Assembly: GCA_964604155.1 (NCBI GenBank) | Contig: CAZRXY010000096.1 | Location: 5,592-69,591, forward strand | DNA length: 64,000 nucleotides | From: an uncultured Candidatus Cloacimonadota bacterium | GTDB taxonomy: Bacteria; Cloacimonadota; Cloacimonadia; Cloacimonadales; TCS61 | Reading direction: 5' to 3' | Part shown: positions 18,467 through 27,352 of the stretch, piece by piece | How positions within the stretch are numbered: position 1 is the stretch's first letter | How the letters are laid out: every line of letters starts with the position of its first letter | The notes under the pieces: model-generated | Database searches by the model: none | Told to the model about the DNA's origin: nothing | Seen by the model: only the letters and a program-made list of their open reading frames with translations | Translations under genes and position numbers: made by a program

Positions 18467-19417
18467 ATGCAGAAGATTTTAGTAACTGGCGGAGTTGGTC
18501 AGATCGGCTCGGAACTGGTGATGGAATTACGAAGAGTATATGGAGCAGCAAATGTGATCTGTGGCGTGAATAGAACCAAGCCGCAGGGAGAACTTAAGGA
18601 ATCGGGTCCCTGTGAAATTGTAGATTGCACGAGGGCTCAGCAGGTTGCCGAAATAGTCCGGAAATATAAAGTGGATACCATCTATCATCTGGCGGCAATA
18701 CTTTCAGCGGTAGCGGAAGCTCAGCCAAATCTTGCCTGGAATGTGAATATAAACGCTCTATACAACGTGCTGGAAGTTGCCAGAGAAGAAAGTTGTGCCG
18801 TTTTTACTCCAAGCTCCATTGGTGCTTTTGGCTCTTCCACCCCGCTTGACAACACACCTCAGGACACTATTCAGAGACCTTCCACGATGTATGGCGTCAC
18901 CAAGGTAGCTGGTGAATTATTGTGCGATTACTATTATAAACGCTTTGGCGTGGATACTCGCGGTGTACGCTATCCGGGCATTATTTCTAATGTCACACTT
19001 CCGGGTGGCGGGACTACAGATTATGCAGTAGAAATATATTATGAAGCGATAAGAAAGAAAAAATATACCTGTAATCTGCCGGCAGGCACTTTTTTGGATA
19101 TGATGTATATGCCCGATGCCCTTAAGGCAGCAATAGACCTGATGGAAGCAGACCCTTCCAGATTAGTGCACCGCAATGCCTTTAACGTAACAGCTATGAG
19201 TTTTGACCCCGAAATTATTGCAGCCGAGATCAAAAAACATATTCCGGATTTTATCATGGATTATAAGGTGGATAAGGTAAAAGAAGCTATTGCCAATAGT
19301 TGGCCCAATTCCATGGACGATAGTGCTGCCCGTGAAGAATGGGACTGGGAGCCGGAATATGATCTGGTATCAATGACAGAAGATATGCTCTCAGTTCTCA
19401 ATCAGAAACTAAAATAA
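18467..19417 (+). CDS. tdh: L-threonine 3-dehydrogenase, SDR/epimerase-type
   Basis: ILVTGGVGQIGSEL Rossmann motif, YGVTKVAGELLCDYYYKRFG (YxxxK), RYPGIISNVTLPGGGTTDYAVEIYY. Colinear with the animal/Flavobacterium-type TDH, and the partner kbl lies in the same operon. Confidence 0.9.
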   Translation: MQKILVTGGVGQIGSELVMELRRVYGAANVICGVNRTKPQGELKESGPCEIVDCTRAQQVAEIVRKYKVDTIYHLAAILSAVAEAQPNLAWNVNINALYNVLEVAREESCAVFTPSSIGAFGSSTPLDNTPQDTIQRPSTMYGVTKVAGELLCDYYYKRFGVDTRGVRYPGIISNVTLPGGGTTDYAVEIYYEAIRKKKYTCNLPAGTFLDMMYMPDALKAAIDLMEADPSRLVHRNAFNVTAMSFDPEIIAAEIKKHIPDFIMDYKVDKVKEAIANSWPNSMDDSAAREEWDWEPEYDLVSMTEDMLSVLNQKLK

Positions 19418-19418
19418 A

Positions 19419-19790
19419 ATGATTATCGGAATCGGCACTGATATGATCGAGGTCTTGCGCCTGGAAAAAAATATCGGCAAACCGCAATTCCTCAGCAAAG
19501 TTTTTACGGAGAGAGAATTGGAAATCTGTATGTCTAAGCAATCACGCCTGCAAAGCCTGGCTGCCCGATTTGCTGCCAAAGAAGCATTTATGAAAGCACT
19601 GGGCACCGGCTGGAGTGAAGGCATTTCTTTTTCCCAGATAGAAGTGATCAATGATGAAAAAGGGGCACCCAGAATGATACTACACGGGAAATCACGGAGT
19701 TTTGCGGATCGATTGGGCGTGACTGATATTCACGTAACGCTCTCGCATCTAAAAGAAATCGCTTTAGCAACTGTAATACTGGAAAAATAA
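19419..19790 (+). CDS. acpS: Holo-[acyl-carrier-protein] synthase
   Basis: 123 aa. MIIGIGTDMIEV..., LAARFAAKEAFMKALGTG, ...IHVTLSHLKEIALATVILE. Classic AcpS. Confidence 0.92.
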   Translation: MIIGIGTDMIEVLRLEKNIGKPQFLSKVFTERELEICMSKQSRLQSLAARFAAKEAFMKALGTGWSEGISFSQIEVINDEKGAPRMILHGKSRSFADRLGVTDIHVTLSHLKEIALATVILEK

Positions 19791-19807
19791 AATTAACGGA
19801 GGATATT

Positions 19808-21034
19808 ATGGCTTTAGAAAAACTTAACAAAGCCTTGCAGCTTGAAATTGACGAATTATTTGAAAAAGGCACCGCAAAAGGTAAAGAGATGGTGATCACA
19901 GAAATCATCAAGCCGGCTGGAGACAAAGGGCCTCGCTACTTGATTGATGGATACGGTGATAAGCAATTTATAAAAATGAATGCTAATTCATATCTAGGCT
20001 TGAGTATGCATCCCGAGATAATAGCTGCTGAAGAAACTGCTGCCCACAAATATGGCGTCGGCCCCGGTGCTGTACGATTCATTAGTGGCACTCACTCACC
20101 ACATATCGAGCTCGAAGAGAAGCTGGCAGAATTTCATGATAGAGAAGCCGCCATGATATTCTCTTCTGCCTATGTTACTTCCTTGGGAGTGATATTTCCC
20201 CTTACAACCAAAGAGACCGTTTTAGTCTCTGATGAGCTTAATCATAACTGCATTATCCAGGCTATGAGATTATGCCGCCCGGCAGCAAAATTTATCTACA
20301 AGCATAATGATATGGAAGATCTCAGAGCTAAACTTGAAGAAGCTGCCGGCTTGGGGAAACGCTGCCTGGTTATCACTGACGGCATTTTCTCTATGAGAGG
20401 AGATCATTGCCCCTTTGATAAGCTTGTCCCGATCTGCCAGGAATTCCACGATAAATTTGAAGAAGGCGTTATCTCTATAGCAGATGATTCTCACGGCGTG
20501 GGTGCATTCGGTGATACCGGACGTGGCACAGAAGAATACACTGCCACCAAGGTAGATATCTTAATCGGCACTATGGGAAAAGCATATGGCGTTAATGGAG
20601 GTTATGTGGTTGCTTCCAAAACTGTCCTCGATTATTTGAGAGAAAAAGCTCCTATGTATATCTACAGTAATCCTATCACCTGCTCAGAAGCTGCCGCAGT
20701 GCTGAAAGTGCTGGAATTTGTGGATACACCCGCCGGCAGGAGCAGAATAGCTCACTTAGCAAAAATGACCAGAAAATTTGAAAAAGGACTGATTGATCTG
20801 GGGTATGAAACTATCCCCGGACCCCATCCTGTAGTCCCTCTTATGGTTCGTGATACCGCAAAAACTGCAGATATGGTGAAATATCTTACGGCAAATGGAG
20901 TTCTTGGTACTGGCTTGAATTTTCCAGTAGTACCCAAAGGTGACGAAGAGATTCGCTTCCAGGTTAATGGCGATCATACAGAAGCAGATATTGATGCAGT
21001 GCTGGCAATTCTTAAAAACTACAAAAATCAATAA
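19808..21034 (+). CDS. kbl: Glycine C-acetyltransferase (2-amino-3-ketobutyrate CoA ligase)
   Basis: Alpha-oxoamine synthase family (NSYLGLSMHPEIIAAEE, DDSHGVGAFGDTGRG, GTMGKAYG PLP-Lys). The kbl assignment is supported by tdh in the same operon. Confidence 0.87.
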   Translation: MALEKLNKALQLEIDELFEKGTAKGKEMVITEIIKPAGDKGPRYLIDGYGDKQFIKMNANSYLGLSMHPEIIAAEETAAHKYGVGPGAVRFISGTHSPHIELEEKLAEFHDREAAMIFSSAYVTSLGVIFPLTTKETVLVSDELNHNCIIQAMRLCRPAAKFIYKHNDMEDLRAKLEEAAGLGKRCLVITDGIFSMRGDHCPFDKLVPICQEFHDKFEEGVISIADDSHGVGAFGDTGRGTEEYTATKVDILIGTMGKAYGVNGGYVVASKTVLDYLREKAPMYIYSNPITCSEAAAVLKVLEFVDTPAGRSRIAHLAKMTRKFEKGLIDLGYETIPGPHPVVPLMVRDTAKTADMVKYLTANGVLGTGLNFPVVPKGDEEIRFQVNGDHTEADIDAVLAILKNYKNQ

Positions 21035-21047
21035 TCTATTTATTATA

Positions 21048-21073
21048 GTCCCGCAGCTCATTTGCTGCGGGAC
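21048..21073 (+). terminator. Hairpin downstream of kbl
   Basis: 10-bp perfect stem gtcccgcagc / gctgcgggac with a 6-nt loop, 14 nt after the kbl stop. The trailing T-tract is weak (atttgacttta). Confidence 0.4.
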
Positions 21074-21085
21074 ATTTGACTTTAT

Positions 21086-21901
21086 ATGACCGCCAAAGGG
21101 ATCCTCTATTTAGTACCCACACCTATCGGAAATCTTTCCGATATCACCTACCGGGCTGTGGAAACTCTTAAAAAGGTCGATTTCATCGGCGCTGAAGATA
21201 CCCGTAAATCTGCTGTTCTTCTTAAATATTACGATATCGTTACACCGCAGATAAGTTATCATAAATTTAATGAAGCAAAACGAGCAGAAGAATTTGTGAA
21301 GCTAATCAGCCAGGGGAAAAATATCGCCATCATCTGCGATGCCGGCTCTCCCGGCATTAGCGATCCCTCGGCAATAATCGTACGGGCAGCACTATTGGCG
21401 CATATCAAAGTGGAAGCATTACCAGGTGCCACTGCCTTTATCCCCGGGCTCACTGCCTCTGGTCTTGATCCAGACCGTTTCTGCTTCCTGGGCTTCCTGC
21501 CTGAGAAAAAAAAAGCTGCTGAAGAACTTTTAACAGATATAGCCGAGATGCCACTTACATTGATTTTTTATGTATCACCGCATGACCTGGAAAAATTTGC
21601 CCAAATACTCCTTAAATTCCTCGGGGATAGAACAGTATGCCTCGCTCGCGAAATATCTAAAATTTATGAGGAATATATTCACACAAACCTCAAAAATCTC
21701 ACTAACGCAAATGATATCACTCTCAAAGGAGAATTTGTCGCTATTGTCAGCGGTAAACAAAAAAAGGAAGTTTCAGATGAAACCTTGCTGAGACAGATCG
21801 TAGCCCTCACCGAGAAGGGATTATCAAAACGTGAAATTATCAATACTATCTCAACTAAGGAAAATATTTCGCCTAATAGAATTAAGAAAATTATCTATTA
21901 A
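21086..21901 (+). CDS. rsmI: 16S rRNA (cytidine1402-2'-O)-methyltransferase RsmI
   Basis: GILYLVPTPIGNLSDITYRAVETLKKVDFIGAEDTRKS and CDAGSPGISDPS motifs of the tetrapyrrole-methylase-fold RsmI. Confidence 0.92.
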   Translation: MTAKGILYLVPTPIGNLSDITYRAVETLKKVDFIGAEDTRKSAVLLKYYDIVTPQISYHKFNEAKRAEEFVKLISQGKNIAIICDAGSPGISDPSAIIVRAALLAHIKVEALPGATAFIPGLTASGLDPDRFCFLGFLPEKKKAAEELLTDIAEMPLTLIFYVSPHDLEKFAQILLKFLGDRTVCLAREISKIYEEYIHTNLKNLTNANDITLKGEFVAIVSGKQKKEVSDETLLRQIVALTEKGLSKREIINTISTKENISPNRIKKIIY

Positions 21902-21930
21902 CTAACGGAAGTTTATCTAAAAAATTTCCG

Positions 21931-24900
21931 TCAGTCCTTGATTTCCTTGAATAATTCTTCTATTGCCCGTTTAAGCTGGACATCGTTATCGGTGATATAA
22001 TCCTCCGGCGTCATTGGCACCAATATATCCGGCTGTGCACCACTGCCCTCCATATTCGTGTGATCCGTTTCCCACCACCCCGAAGAGGGCATCCTCATTG
22101 ATGACCCGTCCATAAAATTGATATGACCCGTACCTATCACTGAACCCGATGTGGGCATCCCGATCACTTTCCCAAGTTTGAGATGCTTGAATAGTATAGG
22201 AAATATCTCCGCATCAGAATAAGAATCCTCGTCTATCAGTAAAACTATGGGTTTTCCCCAGATATTTCGCGGCGTGGGATAGGGCACAGCATCGCTATAG
22301 CGTGATGATGACCAGCCATATTGTTTTTTTGTGAGCACTTCAAGAATGTCGTCATGGGTATTACCACCTCCATTAAACCGCACATCTATGATCAAAGCTT
22401 CCTTACTAAAATTTATCCCGAATAACTCATCTTCAAATTTCTGATAGCTCCTGTGATCCATTCCTCGAATATGAGAATAAGCGATGCGACCCCCCGATAA
22501 CGCATCCACCTGGGCGCGTCTTGTCTCCACCCAGTCTTCATACCAGAGATTATAATTCTCACCACTATTTATTCCTTTCACTTCCAGAATCCTTACACTG
22601 TCTCCCACATTGATTTCTAATTTTATCTTTTCACCGGTTTTATCCCTGAATAATTGATCAAAAGGCAGGTTTTTGCCGACTCCCACGCCATCAACACTCA
22701 AGAGTATATCACCTGGCTTAATATTGTGGTTTTTCGCCAGGCTCGAACTGCGGTACAGCTTCTGAAAGCGGACGCCTTTGTCCGGGTATTCACTGAAATC
22801 AAAGGTAACACCAAGTTCTGCTTTTCGTACTACGCGCTGACCATTATCTCTACGGGCATAAAAACCAGTATGTGAAGCATTTATCTCGCCAATCATCTCA
22901 TCAATTATATTGCCCAGCATCTCAGGCTGATAGGCATGTCGCAGATAGGGCGAATACTTGCGGTATAGCTTTTCCCAATTAATACCATGCATATCAGGAT
23001 CATAAAAACCACGCCCAAATCTCAACCATACCTGGTCGAATATATCCATGTTTAGCTGGTGAAGGTTATACTTATAGGTAAATTTGTTCTCGATCTTTTC
23101 GGGTTTTGTGCCCTCAAGCGACATACTGTAAATTGAATTGCGGTTATTGTAGTACCACTTTTTGTCGCGATTGCTCAGATTTTTTATATCTGCCCCCAGG
23201 TTTACTATAACTTCATCGTCTTCGCCATTATATTTCACCTTTCGCAAAGTAGTCTGTTCCTCGAAATTATTAATATAATAGACCATGTCCTCTGTGAGAT
23301 GGACTACATAATTATAACCCTTTTCTGTGACAATACTCTCTGAACGCAGGTGAAGCCCGGCAAATTCAATAGTAAATCCTTCACCGGCAACAGGATCACC
23401 TTCAGCCTCATCGGCAGGCTCGTCACCCTTTTTTTTAGCTTTAGATAGTTTTTTATCTTCTCGGAGAATCTCCTGCCAGCCGTCTTCCTCTTCATAAAAA
23501 TATTCATGCTTGGGATGTAAGTCAAGACGATAGATAGCTCCTGCCTTAGAATAAAAGGCACTCTTGCCGTCTTTACCCCAAACCGGCGTAGAAATCCAGG
23601 AAGTAGTCTTCTCTATTGTCCAGGAATTTTCACTTTCCAAATCAAAAATCTTTAACTCCCTATTCCAGATACTATAGTCTGTCTCGGAATATAAATAGTA
23701 ACGTCCACTCTCATCTAAAGCACCATAACCGGCTCCTTTAGCTAATGGTAATATCCTGAATTTATTTCCAGAACTATCCGATACGGCGATACTCGGCTGC
23801 CTCCTATCTTCTGTGGAAAAACTTAGCACCAGACGACCGCCTTGGTTCGCCATATATTCAATATATTTATCACGACCCCATTTAACCTCTTCTATCTCAT
23901 TATGATTACGTATATCAAATTTATGAAGCCGGGGAGCTCCTTTCACCAGTCGCGTAAAAAAAATGGTCTTATTATCTCCCATTATAGCAATATCTTCAAT
24001 TCCTTTTTGATCATAAGTGATCTGACGTACATCGCCACCCTTCACAGGCATGGCAAATAGATCAAATTTCCAGGAAAATACCAGCAGTTTCCCATCTGAT
24101 GATACGTCAAATTTATCACCGCTGTTAGCATATTTCTCTTCCTGTACCAGGCTGCCAATGATATCCTCCTTGATCATTATTTCCAATTTTTCTGCTTTCT
24201 TAACCCCAGGATCATATTTCCATATCTGATCAAAATATTCAAATACTATTCGATCATTGTCATGTGCAATATCAAGATCCCGCAGCGACCACTCCTTAAA
24301 ATTAGTTAGTTTCTTCTTAGTGCCAAAATCAAAATCGTCCACCTGATACAATTGAAATACTTCTCCATCTGACGCGCCAAAATATATCCTGTCACCCTGA
24401 TAAGAAAACTGGGCATAACGCTCCGTGTAATCCGTGTCCGTAAGCCTATGATAAACAGCCTGCTTTATATCATAAATCCAAAGATCACCATTAGCAGAAC
24501 CGCTATATTTCTCGCGATAAGGATAACCTCGATGCGAAAATAATATCTTGTCACCACTCCTGTTCAAATTTGAAAATATCCCCGAATAAGATGCTATCTT
24601 TTCGTAGCTTCCATCCAGATACAAACGAAAATACTCATTTCTGTAACGCTCCTGATAACGGGTTACCAAAAGACTCCTGCCGTCCGGATACCAGTCACAC
24701 AGTACAAAATCATCTTTGCTCACTGCCTCGGCAATCCCACCATCAGAGGGTAGCATGTAGATGCTCTGATATCCCTCACGCGATGTCATATAAGCTATCA
24801 AGTTACCACCCGGCGAGTATTGAGGTGATGATATATTCTTATCCACCGAAGTTAAACTCCTCGCCGCACCACCAGCAAAATCAACCGACCATAATCTATC

Positions 24901-25023
24901 CAGATAAACAAAACAAACTTCTTCACCGGAAGGCGATATGGCAGGATCATACATGAAACGCGGCTCAATGCCAAATAATGATTGCATGACCAGTAGCAGC
25001 ATTATTATGAAGTACTTTCTCAT
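21931..25023 (-). CDS. Tricorn-protease-like S41 peptidase (beta-propellers + PDZ + S41 domain)
   Basis: Signal peptide. Long N-terminal region of repeated propeller-like blades (YSPGGNLIAY, DGRSLLV, SGDKILF...). PDZ-like IKPGDILLSVDGV. C-terminal S41 region ALIIDVRFNGGGN...VLLIDEDSYSDAEIF. The ATG at 25023 is preceded by GAGG, while the track start at 25035 is TTG. Confidence 0.82.
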   Translation of the reverse strand: MRKYFIIMLLLVMQSLFGIEPRFMYDPAISPSGEEVCFVYLDRLWSVDFAGGAARSLTSVDKNISSPQYSPGGNLIAYMTSREGYQSIYMLPSDGGIAEAVSKDDFVLCDWYPDGRSLLVTRYQERYRNEYFRLYLDGSYEKIASYSGIFSNLNRSGDKILFSHRGYPYREKYSGSANGDLWIYDIKQAVYHRLTDTDYTERYAQFSYQGDRIYFGASDGEVFQLYQVDDFDFGTKKKLTNFKEWSLRDLDIAHDNDRIVFEYFDQIWKYDPGVKKAEKLEIMIKEDIIGSLVQEEKYANSGDKFDVSSDGKLLVFSWKFDLFAMPVKGGDVRQITYDQKGIEDIAIMGDNKTIFFTRLVKGAPRLHKFDIRNHNEIEEVKWGRDKYIEYMANQGGRLVLSFSTEDRRQPSIAVSDSSGNKFRILPLAKGAGYGALDESGRYYLYSETDYSIWNRELKIFDLESENSWTIEKTTSWISTPVWGKDGKSAFYSKAGAIYRLDLHPKHEYFYEEEDGWQEILREDKKLSKAKKKGDEPADEAEGDPVAGEGFTIEFAGLHLRSESIVTEKGYNYVVHLTEDMVYYINNFEEQTTLRKVKYNGEDDEVIVNLGADIKNLSNRDKKWYYNNRNSIYSMSLEGTKPEKIENKFTYKYNLHQLNMDIFDQVWLRFGRGFYDPDMHGINWEKLYRKYSPYLRHAYQPEMLGNIIDEMIGEINASHTGFYARRDNGQRVVRKAELGVTFDFSEYPDKGVRFQKLYRSSSLAKNHNIKPGDILLSVDGVGVGKNLPFDQLFRDKTGEKIKLEINVGDSVRILEVKGINSGENYNLWYEDWVETRRAQVDALSGGRIAYSHIRGMDHRSYQKFEDELFGINFSKEALIIDVRFNGGGNTHDDILEVLTKKQYGWSSSRYSDAVPYPTPRNIWGKPIVLLIDEDSYSDAEIFPILFKHLKLGKVIGMPTSGSVIGTGHINFMDGSSMRMPSSGWWETDHTNMEGSGAQPDILVPMTPEDYITDNDVQLKRAIEELFKEIKD

Positions 25024-25248
25024 TCTATTCCTCAACTATATCTATTTTTTTTAGAAGCAAGTCTTATCTGACTGCCTGATTTGTAAAGCTATTAAAATAT
25101 GAATGCTGATTTGATGATAGTGATATTATTAATTTCAAGCCAGTTAGCATAGACCATAAAAAAAATCTGCTCGTAAACTAATCTCCTGCTCAAAGCCGGA
25201 TAACGCGCAAATAAGTGAAGTGTCTTCTCATACTCATAAAACATAAAT

Positions 25249-25285
25249 CCGTCTGCTCAATTCGGGCAGACGGCTTTGCTTTTCT
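25249..25285. terminator. Hairpin with T-tracts on both strands, downstream of the small Lys-rich ORF
   Basis: 8-bp stem ccgtctgc / gcagacgg (25249-25256 / 25266-25273). Followed by ctttgcttttctc on the + strand and atttatgttttat on the - strand. Confidence 0.4.
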
Positions 25286-25348
25286 CTAAATACTTGATAC
25301 TGCAGTATCGATCTTTCCCCTGCAGATTTCATAACACCAAGCTGATTA

Positions 25349-25444
25349 CTACTTCTTGGGGCTTTTCTTCTTCGGTGCAGGTTTTGTAGCCGGTGCTGAA
25401 GCTTTTGCTACGCCACCACTGGTCTTCTTTTTAGAATTTGCCAT
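25349..25444 (-). CDS. Unannotated small Lys/Ala/Pro-rich basic protein (31 aa)
   Basis: Below the ORF-track cutoff. The minus strand reads GGAGGAAAC-ATG GCA AAT TCT AAA AAG AAG..., giving MANSKKKTSGGVAKASAPATKPAPKKKSPKK*. Strong RBS, with a hairpin ~75 nt downstream. Confidence 0.5.
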   Translation of the reverse strand: MANSKKKTSGGVAKASAPATKPAPKKKSPKK

Positions 25445-26178
25445 GTTTCCTCCTTTATTATTTATAAAATAATTATAATTCAAATTCTGTCAATAAATAT
25501 CTTAAAATTTCTAATAAAAAAATTTCCTATATACGTTTTGTGATGGTAAATTAGAAAAACACCATGATATATAGGAATATATGATATTGGATATATTTTT
25601 ATTGTAATTTAACAAGATTTCGTAAATAACTGTTTTAGACTAATAGATATTTAACTACCATAAGATTATAATTATTGAGATATTAGAAATTTATAATCAA
25701 AATTTTCCCATCTCCATGTTTCGTAATGCAATCTTATAAATCAATATTTTCGTGTCATCTAACACTATAATATATAGTGAATTATACCGCACAAAATCTT
25801 TTTCAGCATTTCTGTGCCCGGAGAATTGTGTCCTATTCAACTATATGGGTTGAGCTTAGAGAATTAGATACAAGATTTGATAAAACCTCAACGTATCAAG
25901 AACCCGCAGTCAATGGGCGTAGTTTCTGGATCTACCGGTTCCTTAATTGCCGTGTGGCATCTGAACCACGCACATTTAAACTTGGGGTATGCAAAAAAAA
26001 ATAAATCTTTACAAGATTAAGCGGAAATCTACAATCTGTTCGTGTTTATCGGGTGGCAGAAGAATGAATTCTTCAGAGGGCATCCTGGAAGCAGGAGGAA
26101 AAACGCAGGTATGGATATGAACGGAACAGCGAGATTCTAAGAAAGGAGTTAATTAAAAAAGAATTAAAGCAGGGAGAT

Positions 26179-27333
26179 ATGGAAAAGCTTACAAAAAATG
26201 GTGTTTATAAACAATCTCAGATCAATGATCCTGCCGGATTGCCGGAATGCAGCGAATTTATAACCGCATTGATTAATGAAAGCTGCGAGGGTATTGTAGT
26301 TCTGGATGCAAACCGTCAGTTTGTTTTGGGAAATCCTCTGGGAGAGAGGTACTTAAGAAAAATTGATTACAACCCCGGCAGTGGTTATCACATTCCTCTT
26401 TCGCACGAAACAAATAAAGCGATTGAGATACAAACAGGGGCGGACAAGAAATTGATGCTAAAAGTCCGATACCGGCCTGTCTTATGGAAGAAACATGATT
26501 CATGGCTGATATTTCTTCAGGAAGTTACCGATTCAGAGCACCCCACTCTGCAACAGGAGAGTAATGAAGAACTGCGCAGGTTAAAATCTAATCTGGAGCG
26601 AGAAGTTGCTGAAACGGTAGAAATGATGCTGAATAGAGACGCCATGCTGATATCTCAATCTCGCCAGGTGTTTACCGGTGAAATGGTCGCTAATATTTCT
26701 AATCAGTGGAAACAGCCTCTTAATGCTTTAAGTATAATTATTCAAAGTATCAAGGATTCTTATGATTATGACGAATTAACATCTGCACGATTAGATGAGA
26801 AGGTGAGATTGAGTGTGGAATTGATAGATTATCTTGCCAGAACGATAGACGATTTCCGTGATTATTTCCAGCCAGGCAAGCAAATGCAGATTTTTGATCT
26901 CAGAATTTTGATAGAGAAGACCATAAATTTTATAGAATACAGTTTTGAAACTGATTCCGTGAGACTGCAGCTCGATCTGGCAAATAATTGCCATACCACC
27001 GGTTATCCTAATGAATTTTCGCAGGCTTTATTGAATATTCTCATAAATGCCCGTGAAATAATGAAACAAAGAAATATTCCGGAACCTGAGCGGCTTTTAA
27101 AAATCTGTTTGTTTAGCGAAAATCATAATAGCGTGATTACTGTGGAAGATAATGCAGGCGGAATTTCTCCAGAGAACTTATCTCGGATTTTTGAGCCGTA
27201 TTTCACTACAAAGAAGGAAAAAGGTACCGGACTGGGCTTATATATGTCACGCAATATCATAGAAGTTAATATGAATGGCAGGCTCACAGTCTCTAATACG
27301 GAAAATGGAGCAAAATTCCGGATAGAAATTTAG
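26179..27333 (+). CDS. PAS-domain sensor kinase-like protein with degenerate H-box (Asn in place of His)
   Basis: PAS-like N-terminus, DHp segment ANISNQWKQPLNALSIIIQSIKDSYDYDELT, N-box LLNILINAREIM, and G-boxes VEDNAGGI / GTGLGLYMS. Paralogous to the kinase cores at 45436 and 47917, which read SSIAHHWRQPLN. Confidence 0.85.
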   Translation: MEKLTKNGVYKQSQINDPAGLPECSEFITALINESCEGIVVLDANRQFVLGNPLGERYLRKIDYNPGSGYHIPLSHETNKAIEIQTGADKKLMLKVRYRPVLWKKHDSWLIFLQEVTDSEHPTLQQESNEELRRLKSNLEREVAETVEMMLNRDAMLISQSRQVFTGEMVANISNQWKQPLNALSIIIQSIKDSYDYDELTSARLDEKVRLSVELIDYLARTIDDFRDYFQPGKQMQIFDLRILIEKTINFIEYSFETDSVRLQLDLANNCHTTGYPNEFSQALLNILINAREIMKQRNIPEPERLLKICLFSENHNSVITVEDNAGGISPENLSRIFEPYFTTKKEKGTGLGLYMSRNIIEVNMNGRLTVSNTENGAKFRIEI

Positions 27334-27352
27334 GATATTGTTGCCAAACTTA

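Noticed and set aside
21902-21933. A hairpin acggaa...ttccgt between convergent rsmI and the tricorn-like gene, considered as a terminator.
   Set aside because: It has only a 6-bp AT-containing stem with a 15-nt loop, and it overlaps the stop codon of the minus-strand gene. This is too weak to call.
25777-26004. A 75-aa ORF (GTG start) in the AT-rich spacer upstream of the kinase gene.
   Set aside because: It has no RBS and an alternative start codon, and its composition is atypical (Arg/Cys/Trp-rich in an AT-rich genome). It is more likely leader or non-coding sequence.
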